A stretch of 64,000 bases of DNA from Zootoca vivipara (lineage: Eukaryota). The stretch covers positions 93,434,001-93,498,000 of the forward strand of contig NC_083282.1 of NCBI RefSeq assembly GCF_963506605.1. Direction: 5' to 3'. Below are positions 10,946 through 24,594 of the stretch, piece after piece (the first letter of the stretch is position 1; each line of letters opens with the position of its first letter). The notes beneath the pieces were generated by a model that had not been told where the DNA came from, ran no database searches, and saw only the letters and a program-made list of their open reading frames with translations. Both the position numbers and the translations under genes were made by a program.

Positions 10946-11035
10946 GATTACCGGTGGTGGTGGAGGACTTTCCTAGTGTCCGGAGGTTCTGCCTTCTATG
11001 TGTTGATTTACGCAATCTTCTACTTTGTGAATAAG
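10946..11035 (+). CDS. TM9SF4: TM9SF4 coding exon ([30 protein letters not shown])
   Basis: AG/GT boundaries; YRWWWR motif. Confidence 0.95.
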
Positions 11036-11297
11036 GTACTGCTGCTATTTACACCAGATCTGAATCCTACACTCAGTAACTATTGAATGGGCTACGATAT
11101 TTGGTCAGGGAGGCTGTCGAGGGGCAAAACTTGCTGTTCTTGAGCACTTCAGGTGGGAGATGTTCCATGATACACAACATGGTTGAGGTGGGAGGCCAAG
11201 GGAGGTTCCCACCCTGCTTCTCCTTGGGTTTGGAGGGCCATTGCAGAGGCTTTGGTGCACGCTTCCTCTGCCCTGACCTTTTGGTTCTCTCTTGCAG

Positions 11298-11447
11298 CTG
11301 GACATTGTCGAGTTCATTCCTTCCTTGCTGTACTTCGGCTACACAGCTCTCATGGTGCTGTCCTTCTGGCTCTTGACGGGGACCATTGGCTTCTATGCAG
11401 CCTACATGTTTGTCCGCAAGATTTACGCTGCTGTGAAAATAGACTGA
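11298..11447 (+). CDS. TM9SF4: TM9SF4 terminal coding exon ([15 protein letters not shown]...[10 protein letters not shown])
   Basis: ttgcag acceptor; TGA at 11445-11447; C-terminal KxD motif typical of TM9SF proteins. Confidence 0.96.
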   Translation: MDIVEFIPSLLYFGYTALMVLSFWLLTGTIGFYAAYMFVRKIYAAVKID

Positions 11448-13534
11448 AGATGCTCTGGCGCCACGTGGCACAAAGCAGCTGGTCCCCTCTGTTTCCTCCT
11501 AGGAAGGAAGTGGGGAACTCTCTCTCCCTCCCTCTCTCCTGTTTCTCCCAAGGAAACAACCCGGCTGGAGTGGGGGACACAAGGAATAAAAATAGTTCAA
11601 TTTTTTGGAATGTAACCTTTGGCACAGCGTCCGTGGAATCGGGTTTCTTGGTGGGGAGGGGTGTGTAGATACTTTGCATTTTAACTTTTATCCTATTCTG
11701 GTTATAAGGGATTTATTTTCTTTCTCTTTTTTTTTTTAGCCGAGACACATTCCCCTCAATGAATAATCTTTCTCCCCTCCTCCCTTTCATCTAATTCATT
11801 TTCTGTAATGACAATAATAGGAGATCGCAATGGTTACAAATTCGTGAATGAGTTTGGGGAGATTCATCCTTTGGTGATTGCACAGCGTAGCCTTTTGCTG
11901 TGCCTTTGCTTGGAGCAAGACGGTAGAAAGAAGGTTGGAAATGGGTCGGCTGCCACCTCATCATGCTCCAGTTCCGGCAAGCGCAGTTTTCTCTCGGAGG
12001 GCTCTCAGACTGCCTTCCCCCGGGGTGCTTGACGCTGGGAGTGTCACAGTGCAGACGGTGGCAGACACCTATGGTCTTAGGACGCTCACTTGCTTTCAAC
12101 CACGATAAACTGATGATGTGGAACCACTGCCTGCTGAAAAATGAAACAGGCCTGCAAACTGGAGGAAGGCTACTTGGAAGTCCTGGGGAAACACCAGGGG
12201 ATTTCTCAATGCTCCCCAGTAACACTGGGATCTGGGTGAGGTTTAGAGACTGGAAAATGTGCTCTGTTGTTCATGTGCCAAGGAATCCATGGCTCAGATG
12301 TTGGGAACTGCTGCTGTAAGAGAGGGGAGGGAACTGGGAGAGTTCTGTTCCCCTGACCCCAGTGTCAAAAGGAAGGAATTGTTCTCCCTTCCTACACCAC
12401 TCCCCTGCATATTTGGCCGATCCCCCTTTTCTCACTTGTTCAGTTCTGTCTCTCCCTCCAGAAATTGAAGTGCATTTGGCAGCTTTACTCTTGACTTCTA
12501 TGTGAACGAGGTCACAAGACCAAGGTTAGACTATCAAATTATATTTTAGCCAAGCACAATGGATCTCAGTCTCCCTTCTCAAGAGACAGGAGCACCCCAC
12601 TCTCTCATGCTCGTAGTGCGCTGCGCATCGCAAACGAGCCTGACATCAATTTACTGGGAGATGGTTGTAAACACTTCCTTTGAAAACAGAAACTTGCTTA
12701 TTTGTAATCAGAATTACAATACTGGATTATTTTTCTAATTGCTGGAAATTAGTTCTAATTGTGGGGTGGTCTAGTTGCAATGTTCTGCTTTATGAATGAG
12801 CTATTCCGGCAAAAGTGGGTATGCCATGGGTGGGGTGGGGACGGGAGGCATGCACCGGGGGGGGGCATTTTTTCCATGGAAAATTAATCTCTTTGGGAAC
12901 ACATATTTAAGATCACATATTTATTGATGCATTTGTCATCAATGATTGATGATGCCTCTTATGTGTGTCTTAATTTACCTGCCCTGTGGTAACTGCAGGA
13001 AACTACAGGGAATGAGGGCCTTGCTCCTGCATTTGCGCCTCTGCCCATCATTGCTTCCTTGCCCCCCCCCCTCAATGCCAAAGCCACACCAGTCACAAAT
13101 CAAGGTCTGACAAAGGGGCAGCCGTGGCACTTACTACTTTTGCTATGGATCCCTTGGTGAACTCTGATCTGAGCTACCATTAGGATACTTGACTAGGGCC
13201 TGGAGTCTACTAATTCTGCGCACTAGCAGAAGCCGAGTTACGGAAGAGCTCCAGCTAGTGCAACAGGCTCCCCCACCCAATGCGCCCTTGCAATTCATTC
13301 CGGTGAATTGGGAGAAACCCCAGAACAGCAAGGCAGGGAGGAGGGTGGGTTGTTCCATGTGGGAAGTAGGAAGGCTTGCGCTGACATAATTATCAGAAGA
13401 GTGCAATGTTGATTTCTTCCCCAAGTCTTTTCTCCCCCTCCCTGTGATTTTCTTTTTCCAACCAGAACTGCTCTATCCCTGCCTTCCACTATGTTTCTTG
13501 TATTTTTTTAATGTATTGTTTGAGCCCAACTGTA

Positions 13535-13540
13535 AATAAA
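13535..13540 (+). terminator. TM9SF4: Probable TM9SF4 distal polyadenylation signal (AATAAA)
   Basis: AATAAA preceded by TGTA and U-rich sequence, followed by a GT-rich tract; a proximal AATAAA also lies at 11585-11590. Confidence 0.6.
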
Positions 13541-14838
13541 TATGCTGTTGTTGTCATTGTGTCTTTGATTGTGCAACTTCAGCCATAGGTGACCTGTTTT
13601 AGGTTTTCCAAGTTGCAGGTGACATAACTCACATTTGCTCTGCTGTTAATCATTCTGATCATATCATTTGCCAAAAACTGTATGTTCCGTAAGAAGGTAA
13701 ACTTTGCCATGGACGTCTGAGCTGGCAGGAGGAAGAATGCCCATTTTCTCCCTGCAGGACAGCCATTCTTGAAGCTACATGACGGCTTCATTCTGTTTCT
13801 GGGGTGGGCGTGTCTCCTTCCCACTGGAGTCCCTACTGCTTCTAGCCTTGAAGGGGTGAGATTCTGATTGGTCCCTGTCTCGTTGAAACCATATATGGAG
13901 TGTTGGGTTTACCATTTAGTTTCTTAAACATTGCCTTTAAATATGGAATAATTTTGACCCTGCCACAGCTGCCAGTACAAACTTGAAAAGGTCTTATGTC
14001 ATTCAAGGTGGTATTTCAAAGCCCAAAAAGAGATGAAGACTTGGGGAATATCTCTTTATCTAGACTTCTTGAATTTTGAGCAAGGGAGAGAAGTCTTATC
14101 AACAGTAATTTTATTAGTCTGTTATAATTCCATGTCACTGGCATTTAATATAAACAAGTAGGACCAAAAACAAAATGTTGCCGTACGTCCCAATCTAAAC
14201 ACTTGTTTGTTCAGGGCTGAAGCAGCAAGTTACTTCCTCTACCCTTGTTCAATCAATCCCGCCCCCCCCCCCTGTCTTATACTTTTCTAGCTGACACTCT
14301 ACGAAGGCTTCTTGAGCCCACTAAGTATGTTCAGTCTACATAGGAGTCTATCTAGGAACCACTATTTCATTTGCAGGTGTTTGTTTCATAGTAGCGCACA
14401 CTTAACGTCTTGTGGCTGGCGAGTGCACCTCTGGGGGGAAAGTCAAACCTCTGGAGAATCACAGCACCTGCTGTGGCTGCAGAAAATGGTAACTTGGACC
14501 TGCTACCTCCCACATTGTTTTTGTTGTTAGCAGCACTGAAGTGACCTTCCCAGGGTGCAAGCCTGGACAGTGTGTATGGAGGTCCTGGGCTGCCCAGAGA
14601 ACAGGACATTCCCCCCCCCATTGGATTAGATGCTGGCTAGTGAAGGGATTAACATGGAACACTTGCCTCACCCTGGGCAGTGGCAACCCATACTACACCC
14701 CTGGGATAGCTTTCTAGGGAAGAGCCAGAGGCTCCAGCAGGATGATGTAGAATATGGATCCTGCGTATATACAACCTGCGTTGTTCATAGGTGTTCCCAC
14801 TCCCACAAACAAACAGCATAGCTTGTACTTCAAACGTT

Positions 14839-14844
14839 TTTAAT
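14839..14844 (-). terminator. PLAGL2: Probable PLAGL2 polyadenylation signal (ATTAAA on minus strand)
   Basis: tttaat on plus at the end of a long AT-rich UTR-like tract; minus-strand downstream sequence is GT-rich (gctgtttgtttgtggg). Confidence 0.5.
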
Positions 14845-15802
14845 AAGCATTTTCATTTTTTTAAAAACACACCCTCTTTCATTTTGGACTTAATTCTGTA
14901 AGACAAAGAAAAGCTAACTGAACAATGATGAACTGTACACTTCCTAATGGCACTTCAATCTTTAGTTTTAAAAACCTGGACTTGTAAGAAGTCCTACAAT
15001 ACTTTTCATCAGAGGAGGTTATTTGCTGTATTTAGAAAAAGTGCTAGATTTGTTTGAGAAGTCCCAGCTTCAGGCCTAGAGGGCCTTGGTGGCTCTTATG
15101 GCGGGCGGGCAGGCAGGCTTGGGAGATGAGGCAGGTACGGCTCAGGTGAGCCAAAGAGGTCAACTCCCGCTTGCAAGGTGCAAGGTCGGAGAAATTCCAA
15201 ATGAGCCCTTGAAAGTTCAGCTGTTAGACCACAGCCCTGAGCAGGAGAGCAAAGAAACAACAGTCTCGGGACAGACACTTTCAGGCAGAGGGGCCACCTG
15301 TGAGTTCAAGCCATCAGTTCTCCTTGTGCTGTTCAGAGGAACAGGAAACTTTCCCATGAAAAATGACGGCGAGGAATACAGCAATCCTAGATGCTGTCCC
15401 AAATCTCAAATTCCAAAGCAAGAATCATGCCCCACTGAAGGCAGATTATGTTGTCCTCTGCCCATGTTCCCTGCCCCCCACCCTGCCCAGTACAAAGCAC
15501 ACTAGAGTCACAGTGTATGCTATTAAGGCTTTTGCAGGAGCAACCAGAGCTCAGCTGTCTGACCCGGGGCACGTGCCATGCCAAGTGCAGACACAGGCTT
15601 TAGTTCTTCTCTGGTGAGGTGGAGGCCACTAAGTCTTGTTTTCTTCCTGCAATGCCTCCATGGGTGACAGCAGTTGCCCTGTTCCCTTACCATCCTTTAT
15701 ATGCACACAGAAGTACAATGAAATTATGAGAACATGGCCACCATTGCAAGCAGCAGCAGGTACATGGGAGTGATGGTCATTGCCTTGAGGTGGCAGATCA
15801 CA

Positions 15803-15804
<2 letters not shown>

Positions 15805-15843
<39 letters not shown>
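15805..15843. repeat. (GT)n microsatellite in the PLAGL2 3'UTR
   Basis: About 19 uninterrupted GT units. Confidence 0.95.
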
Positions 15844-15844
<1 letters not shown>

Positions 15845-18800
15845 CAGGGGGTATAGCCCCACAGCCTGCTCTAAGGCAAAAGCATCCTGTTTAGCAGGTA
15901 GGGTAAAATCTTGGTTAAAACACATTACAAAGCATTCATTTTTAAAAACAAACAAAACAAACCACAGCTCTTAGTTATTAAGACTAAGCAAAAACCCAGA
16001 GTTTTAATGAGATGCTCCCTAGAGGTTGAGAACACACTAAAACTGGAAAGGCGAAGGCAGCCATTCCCAGACTACCTAGATTTGGGGGAGGGGTCAGTTT
16101 AAACAGCCATGAATAACAGCAGAGAGCTACTTAGCTCATTGACACGACACATAACATTTCTTTCTTTGGGTGGATGGTGAGAGGAAGCACTCCGAGATGT
16201 CCCAAGCTGTTGCAAAAAATGCAGAAAGACACAAACCAAGCCAGAATCACAGAGGGTTCGACAACATACGTACTCACTCTCTCGGCCACAAAACTCCCAC
16301 TTTTTGATCACATACTATTTTCACCATTTTTGTTAAGATCTGGCAGTCTAGGGGACCTTTCCGCTAGGACCACCAATGCAGAGGGGAGGGGAGCATGCAG
16401 TGCACATGTGGACAACACCCTGTAAGTGAAACTCTTTGCACAGAACTTGCACTTGCAGTCATTCATTTTATCTGGCATAACTATTTAAGCCAAGATTCCT
16501 ATGTATCACTAATCCAAAAGATGTTAACTTTTCCTCTTCTAATCCCAGGAGGCTGCACAACTTTTCGCTTTTGCCCTTTCTAATGGGCAAGTCTAGAAAT
16601 AGTGGTATCCTAAAATTTAATTCCACTGTTGTGAAGGACATTCTTCTTGGGGACAGTCAATCCCACAAAACAAGGCAAGAAACAAAAGAACTTGCAAAGG
16701 CAAAATCTGAACACAAAAGGACGGGAGAGCAAAGCGTATTATTATTATTATGTTAGATTTTATCTGCAAATTTCTAGCAACTTGCCACCTCAGTAAGAAA
16801 ATAAAATGAGTTATGAGTTTTAAGGTGTGCCAGTGAAAGGAAGGGACGGTACAACCCTCCCTGCCTCCTGATTAGTTTACTATTTACAGAGAAGAGGTCA
16901 ATGCTGGTAAAATAAAGCCATTGGGCTTATTGCTAACTAAAAGGGAAATAAACAGCTTGGTCAATAGGAAAGAGTCCAACACATTGAGTCCAACACAGAG
17001 AGCTGCGATGTTGTAGCATTCGGCACAAGACAGGTGGCTAACTGGTACAGGAAGAAACCGCAAAGCTAAATGGGAGACAAACATATGGCCAAAAGAGCCT
17101 TGTTTGGGGTGCTGTAACACTGGCATCACTAAAGCTAGGAAGGTCTAAGTACCAGCTTCCTCAAGAGGGCGGCTAAAAAGGTAGACCAAGGGTGATCAAA
17201 TGGCCAAGAGGATCCAACAAACTGCAGCCATTTTAGCCAATCCCCCCTTTGACATGGTAGAAATCTCCAACAGGTGATCCTTCCAGTCTTTGCGCCGCAT
17301 GAACTGGCATCTGCCACACAAGAAAGAGAAAAACCTTTTGCCTTCAATGGTTCATGAAAGGGTGGTAAATATCAGGTTGGACTACACAAGAATACAAGTG
17401 GCATTTAACAAGACAGCTGTCAAGATCACCTCATCATGACCTGAATCAATTCTAAAGCTCCGGGGAAATAGGGGAGAGGGGGAGATGAAGGAATGGTCTT
17501 GGTTAAAGCTGAATTCTCTCTGCAAAGAAGAATGAAACCTCTTTAACTCCAAGGCCCAATTCCACTTTCAATTCTACGGGCATCATCCTATGAAACAAGC
17601 CATGTGAAATTAAGTCCCCTACAAATATGCCACATTTAGGATCGAAAGGAAGGAAACAACTGAAGAATTTGTTGTTGTTTTTAAAAAAACCCACATGCCA
17701 GCTGGAAAGGGTGAATACAGACTAGTTGTTTACCTTTCCAAATAATATGGGCCTCAAAGAAATTAACTTACAGTAGCTTAACATATCCTTATTTCCACCG
17801 GCTATAAGTTTGTAGAACTAGTTGTCATTAAGTATAATAATGGTATATGGATAAACAGCTACTAGATAAGATCATCAGCTCATCTAACTTTTCAAGGTAA
17901 CCTGAAAGCTGTGTCCTGACGAGCAGTGAGAATGGAAGACCCTTTCCATTTATTATACTATCCACCAAGGGGAGGAACCTGCTAATTCCTATCTTAAGTG
18001 TTGCCTCCTTCCCACTGCCTAGTTGTGACAATGACTAGGTTACCTGCCAAGCAGATTCGTATTCAGACAATTTCACTCCTGAGTAAAGCTAAGGGGGTGA
18101 AGGAAGTCCCCCCCCCCACACAAAAAAAACCAACCTTCTGTGAAAACTTGGTTCTGCACAGAGAGAATGCCCTGGTAGTGGGACAGAAGATTCTGCAACA
18201 TTCCTCCTCCTCACCCCAGTTTGAGCTGGTCTCTGCTTTTTCCTCCTGCAAAATGCATCCGGGCTGAAGAACACGGGGACATGGTGGCAAATCTTACATA
18301 TGTAACATGAACATGGCTTCAGTGGATGGTTCTCACTCAAGTTCTTACTCCACCCCAAATTATTAGCAGAGTAATATTTTGGTATAAATGTGAATACTAA
18401 GCTTGGGGTCCAAGTTGGCTCTGAATTACTAGGCGGGGTTGGGGAGAACAGAAATCTCACCTATTCTTACCTTCGGTTAGGTAATAGAACAAAGAGACCC
18501 AAATCATGGAGACACATTCAAAAGAACAAGGGCTAGTGGCTGACATATTCTCCTTAGTCAGACTTTTGTCAACACTCAAGGCTGGAAGCAGTAAAGCAGG
18601 CAACAGACGAGGCAGGAATTGCCAAAAAACTGGAAGAGTCACACAACACAAAGGCAACTCAACCTGGGGAAATCTTGGATCAGTTACGTTCAAAAGTCTG
18701 AAGAAGGTAGAAGTATGGAGATTTATCACGAGTGTCGAGGTAGGGATGTGGTGAGGATTGCATAGGAGACTGCAGCAATTTCTGGAAAAAGAGAGGAACA

Positions 18801-21280
18801 GGAAACGCAATTGAGGTATTTAAAAATACTGAATGATAAGGAGAAGCCCAGACACTCTCCTATTTACCCAGCGCAAGGCACTCGCTGAAATTAGAAAGGC
18901 AACGTCTTAAAAACAGATCAAGAAGCATGGCTTGTGGAACTTACTTTCACATGCTATTGTTGAGGTAAGTACAATGCAAAATACTAAAACTGATATGAAA
19001 AAAATCCAGCTAGAGAAGGGCTAGCTAAGCCTACAAAGCCTGTCCTTCCAGCAGGAGGGGAAATCCTGTACAGAAAGCAATCTAAACACTGGAAGGCAAT
19101 GGGAGAAAAACCCATACCTTAAAAGCAAACTGGAACTAACATGAACTAGTAGAAAACAATTTTCCTTTGTATCTGCTGAAGCAAAAGGGGCTCCAGAGAG
19201 ACCACTGACTACATCTTAGGATGAAGGCAGAGGTAGGCTTATCATACCCAGGCAGCAAGAGAAACAGATCCTACTGTCTTAACTCCTACTCCACCCCATA
19301 TATCTCTTTATTTATTTATTTATATATGAATGTATATATGTATGTATATATCTGAGGTATGAAGAAGTGAACATCCGGGGCTCATGAAGATACCCTGAAG
19401 TGCCACACAGGCAGACTGACCCCAAACGAGGTTACCAAGTGCGAATTCATAAGGACAGGGAAGAAGGGAACCTACATCATGAGGTATTTGCTGTGATACA
19501 GACAGAATAGTCCAGGAAAACAGCTTGCTGAAACAGCAAGGGGAAAAGGAAGTGGAATCTAAGCAAGAGGGAGAAAGGAAGCAGCAAACACAGCACGCAA
19601 ATGCATGATGGAGAAGCAGAAACCCAGGAGCACCAATGGGCCCAGTTCATCACCTTGCCTTGGAAGGCAAAGCACGCAGGGACCCTGAACTGTCGCAGCA
19701 GAAACAGACAGCAACCCGGACAACCACTGCACTCTTTGCATGTCCCAACCCTTTGGTTTACTGTGTGGGTGCAAGATCGCAGAAAACACTATGAAGCAGC
19801 CCTCATTTTAACTGGGTAACACATTCCTGGAACACAGGGAAAACGCTAGGAACAGGCTGGGCGGGGGGGGGGGGCAGAAAAGCCCAGGGGGTCTTACAAA
19901 GGAATGCAAGGTCCCAATGAGACAAAGGAGCACAGGAAGTTGTGGGAAGCATACCCATGGCGCAGGAACAAGGGTACGAAGGCATATTGAGAACACGACA
20001 CAGCTAGGTCAAAGTTGCCACCCACAAATGCTACCAAACTTCCTTCAAGAGGCAAGTGGCACAAGTCTTGCTAAGCCACTGGGAGAGCAAGACTGTGGCC
20101 CTATTCCTTTGGGCAAAGGAACGGTTTGGGCAAGCCTATGAGGCTGAACTATTAAGCTCTGTGGGCAGGGCTTATCAAGAGTGGGAGTGGCTACTGCAAA
20201 GCACAGCCCAATGGCTTCCTCCAACAAGCAGTGGGGCGAGGTAGAAGGAAGCTTCTTCTCAGGACTTGTTGCTACTGGGCTTAAGCGCTGGGTCCTCTCA
20301 GCAAGCTCCTTTGTGCTTCAAAGCCAAGGACCAAGTGTCAATTTGAAGGCATTGTGGCAAACCGCAGTGCTGAACTTAAGTAAGCCAAAGAAGTGGGGAG
20401 AAGCCCTCAAGCAACAAGCTTCCATTAACAGGTGAGGCCGTGGTCCACTCCCCTCCATCCCTGCGTATGCTTTGGGAAAGAGCGCTCACAAACACAGAAA
20501 AGCAAGCCTGGCTGTTTAGGCTGCAGGATCCTTCTGACCCACGCGAGATTTAAGGAAACATGACCTACAGAGCAGTCAGCTAAATTGGCAAAAGCAATCC
20601 ATAGTCAGTTTTGCTTTCCCCACAGGGGAAGAAATGGAAGTAGTGAAGTGAAATCAGGGCGACCCGATTCCATTGTGTAAACAGTGTGCGAGCTGTGCCA
20701 GAAACAAGGACGGTGTTCCTGGCACTTCCTGATTTGCAATAGTGGTGGGGGTGGGGGGGAAGACTTTTTACGGGTGCGTAAACACGATTCGGTTGGAATG
20801 AGTCTTAATGAAGCGGCTCTGAAGAAAGGAAGTGTTGACTCTGCACACACTCAGTACTGTATGGGCGCAACCAGCAGAGGTGATGTGGGAGGGGCAGCAG
20901 GCGACAACAGGCTCTTCCAGCCTTCCCCGTGGACTGAGACACTGAAATGCAGAAGAAATGTTGAGCCCTAACGTGAGGCAGACCCCCGATTCAATCACCT
21001 CCTAAAGTGGAATGAGGACGGAAGCCCCAAGGAAGGTCAGTTTTGATGCCTGATTTACCAAACAAACAAGGTGGGGAAATACCTGAATTTCTATTTGCTG
21101 CAACCTACTCACTGTCTGGGACTGAGGCGCACATCAAAGTCCGCGTGGCAGTTCCAGTCCACACAGGCACTCCTCCCCTCAAGCCTTCCCAGCCTACGGT
21201 AGGAAGGAGAACAAATCTGGGCACCTTTGCTGTACCCAATCCACTTGCCGAAGGAAAGTCCCGTTCTTTCCCCAGCTGCC

Positions 21281-22484
21281 TCACTGGAACGCTTGGTGAA
21301 AACGTGGCAAGGTGGTTGCACCCAAGCCGGGAGAGAACATGGAGGGCAGCGAGTGAAGTGCTCCGAAGCCAAGGGAGGTCGCAGCTCCTGGCGTCTCTTG
21401 CGGTGGCAAAGTGGAGAGGAGTGACTGGGTCTCTCCCTGTGAATAGCCCATGACTAGACCCGCCGATGACACGGGAGGGTTGCATGATGGGAGGTTCAAG
21501 GGGAGGAAGCCCAGGAGATGGGAGAAGTCCATGTTAGCAGCACAGAGAGCTTCAGAAAGCAGAGCAGGACTCTTGGAGAGCAGAGTCTCCTCCAGGGTGA
21601 TAGGCTGAGGAGAGGACGAGGATGGCTCACCAGGCACAAGGGACAGGCCTGCAGGGAGCTCTGCCAAACAGCTGTCCACCTCTGTTTTGGGGAGCTTGTC
21701 AGGCAAGTATGAGGTAGATCCAAGCTGGTACTTTGGGGGAGGTTGTGGTGGGGAGGATGACTCCAGGGGGTAGCTCATTCCCATTGGCAGAGGATTGGGG
21801 ACTAAAGAATGGGGCATTCCTGAGCTGGGCATGGTGGGGACATGTGCCCCATACATCCCCATTGGCAGCATCCCAGGGAAGCTCTTGCTGTTCATCACAT
21901 CCCGGGATGCCATGCACAAGACGGGGCTCAGTTCCTCTTTCACTGCAACGGATGAGCTGCAGCTGAGGAGGCCTAGCATGTCCACCGGCTCCGTCTTGAT
22001 CTTCAGCAGTTCTTGGGAGTGGCTCTTCTTCATGTGTCTGGTCAGGTGGTCTTTGCGGCCAAATCGCTGGGCGCAGTACTGGCACAGGAAGTCCTTCCGG
22101 CCCGTGTGCACGACCAGGTGCCTTCTCACATCTTTGCGAGTGTAGAAGCGGCGGTCACAGTGGTCACACGGGTGCTTCTTCTCCTTCACGCTGCCTGACG
22201 GCCTCCGGGAGTGGGCCTTGAGGTGCTCCAGCAGGACTTGGGTGCTCTCAAACATCTGCAAGCACACTTTGCAGCTGAGATCGCCACTGGCGGCAGCATG
22301 CATGGCCAGGTGGCGCCGGTACCCGAGCTTGGTGTTGTAGTTCTTACCACACTCTGGGCAGTGGAGAGCTTCTTTGTTGGGGTCATGTGTCTGCAGGTGG
22401 TTGCGAAGGTGGTCCTTGCGGTGGAACATCTTCTCACAGTACATGCATTGGTGGGGCTTCTGGGCAGAATGGGTGGCCAAGTGC
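21281..22484 (-). CDS. PLAGL2: PLAGL2 last coding exon: C2H2 zinc fingers and C-terminal activation region, ending TTLPRFHQAFQ*
   Basis: 407-aa ORF with tandem C2H2 fingers, IKTE SUMO-type motif and the PLAG-family C-terminus; acceptor cccgcaag at 22485. Confidence 0.97.
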
Positions 22485-22727
22485 CTTGCGGGGGAAAGAA
22501 GCACAGGTTATAAGCAGCTTACTTGTCCCCCACCCCCCTGCCCCTGCCACAATTACCACAAAAGCTGGGCAGGTTAGCTTGGGTAAGGAGATTCTCCTTT
22601 GCCTGGTTTTAAGAGTTACAGGAGAGCAAAGAATTTGACGTTTGCCACACCCATCCACACATCTTACCATTCGGATCATAAATGGGACCTTGGGGTGGGG
22701 GGAGAATGCTATGGAGCCTTGTGTGGT

Positions 22728-22971
22728 GAAGAAGAGTTTGGATTTGATATCCCGCTTTATCACTACCCGAAGGAGTCTCAAAGCGGCTAACAATCTCCTT
22801 TCCCCTCCTCCCCCACAACAAACACTCTGTGAGGTGAGTGGGGCTGAGAGACTTCAGAGAAGTGTGACTAGCCTAAGGTCACCCAGCAGCTGCATGTGTA
22901 GGAGCGGAGACGCGAACCCGGTTCCCCAGATTACGAGTCTACCGCACTTAACCACTACACTACACTGGCTC
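22728..22971 (-). mobile_element. tRNA-derived SINE (Squam3-like) in PLAGL2 intron 2
   Basis: tRNA-like head with A/B boxes and short (CTT)n tail; closely similar to the copy at 38010-38319. Confidence 0.8.
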
Positions 22972-24388
22972 TGGTGAGGTCTGTTGCATTTCACCAGCAG
23001 CCCCAAACTTTTCATCTATGACCGCATAGTGTAAGTTATCCTTCCTATGCTTAACCAACCTCTACCCCAGAAAAATCTGCTCTTCTTCTTCTATTATTGC
23101 CCATAATAATAGGCAATAACTACATTCAGTGACGAAAGCTGTATTTGCACTGGTGTTTACTGGGGTGAAAGCATCCAGTGTTTGTCTATTTCTTTTTTAA
23201 ATGAAAGGGAGTATATAAATTCTTAATCATAGCAACAACCCTTACCCTACAATGAATTTTTCCCTGGAGCATTTTAAACTGGAACTTAGCATGGTAAGCT
23301 CTGCTGGGCTGGTATATTGTTTTCTGACCACTGGAAGACACAGCCTACTATCTACCTTCAGAATGTAGGCAGAACCCTACCCCAGAAGAGGAGGCAGTTC
23401 AGAGGACAAGTGTCTCCTTATTCACTTGTCCTGGTTTTTGGGAGACCATTTTCTTCCCTCCTCCCATCCCTTGATGTCCAGCTGAAGTCAGTTTTGTGTA
23501 ATAATAAAAAGAACCACAGCTTAACAGTTTGTTGCAACAGAGCTGTTTTCTGCTCTTGCAGTACTAATAGCAAACTCAGATTACATTTCAGGGAAGGTCT
23601 CACACGTTACAAAATAAAGGGAGGAGATGTTTACGCTCTCATATAGACCTCTGTGCAGGGGAACAACCCTCCACACACACCCTCTCTCTCTCTCTCTTTC
23701 TCTCTCACACACGCTGTTTTAACATTCAAGCATGCAGTTGCCAATGAGTGGTGCCAGACAAGGATCTGGGAGAGCTGTGTTTGAAGCAAAATTCAGACAA
23801 CAGGCTGGCACAGCAAGCCATTATTTCTCTTTCTCAATCTCAAGTTTGGTAGAGATACTACAAAAGGCTATTGTGAGGTTGAAACAGAGTACCTGCCTTG
23901 AAATGTGGGGAAAGTGTAGGCTTTTCAAGCAAAGATGGGGTTGATTTGAAACACTGTAAGGTTTCAACAGGCCCGCAAAAGTGGAATGCTTGCATGGTCC
24001 TCCACAGTGGCTTCTAAAACACCATGCCTTCTTATAGAACTGCTCCTCGGTATATTTGCACTAAGGCAGTATGCCTCTGAATGCCAGTTGCCGGGAACCC
24101 CAATTAGAGAGATTACCACTGTGCTCAGGTCCTCCTTGTGGGCTTCCCATAAGCTTCTGGTTGGCCACTGAAAGAAAAGGAAGCTGGACTGATGGTTCAC
24201 TGGCCTAATCTAGGAGGGCTTTTCTTATGTTCTTAATATGGCAGCAAAGACCAAAGCAGGAGCTTGGCCGCATAGAATTTGTCAAGACAGGTGCCAACCA
24301 GAACACATGTGTTTGTTTTATACCCCACCTTTCCTCCAAGGAGCTCAAAGGAGCCTGGTTTCCTCACCGCTTCTTTAAATCTCTAAAA

Positions 24389-24524
24389 CATTGTTTCCCA
24401 AACTTGGGTCTCCATCTATTTTTGGGCTGCAACTCCCATCATCCCTACTTAGCAAGACCCGTGGTCAGGGATGGTGGGAATTGTAGTCCAAAAGTAGCTG
24501 GAGACCCAAGTTTGGGAAACACTG
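24389..24524. mobile_element. Palindromic MITE (ACTACAAYTCCC-type family)
   Basis: Whole element is an imperfect inverted repeat: tgtttcccaaacttgggtctcca and tggagacccaagtttgggaaaca. Confidence 0.75.
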
Positions 24525-24594
24525 ATCTAAAACAAACCTGCTCCATGGCCGAGTTTGAACCCGAGGCTGCTCCACCCTAGCCAACCCTCTAACC

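Noticed and set aside
22485-22504. MLLSPA start of the 407-aa PLAGL2 ORF
   Set aside because: Intronic polypyrimidine tract; the exon begins at 22484.
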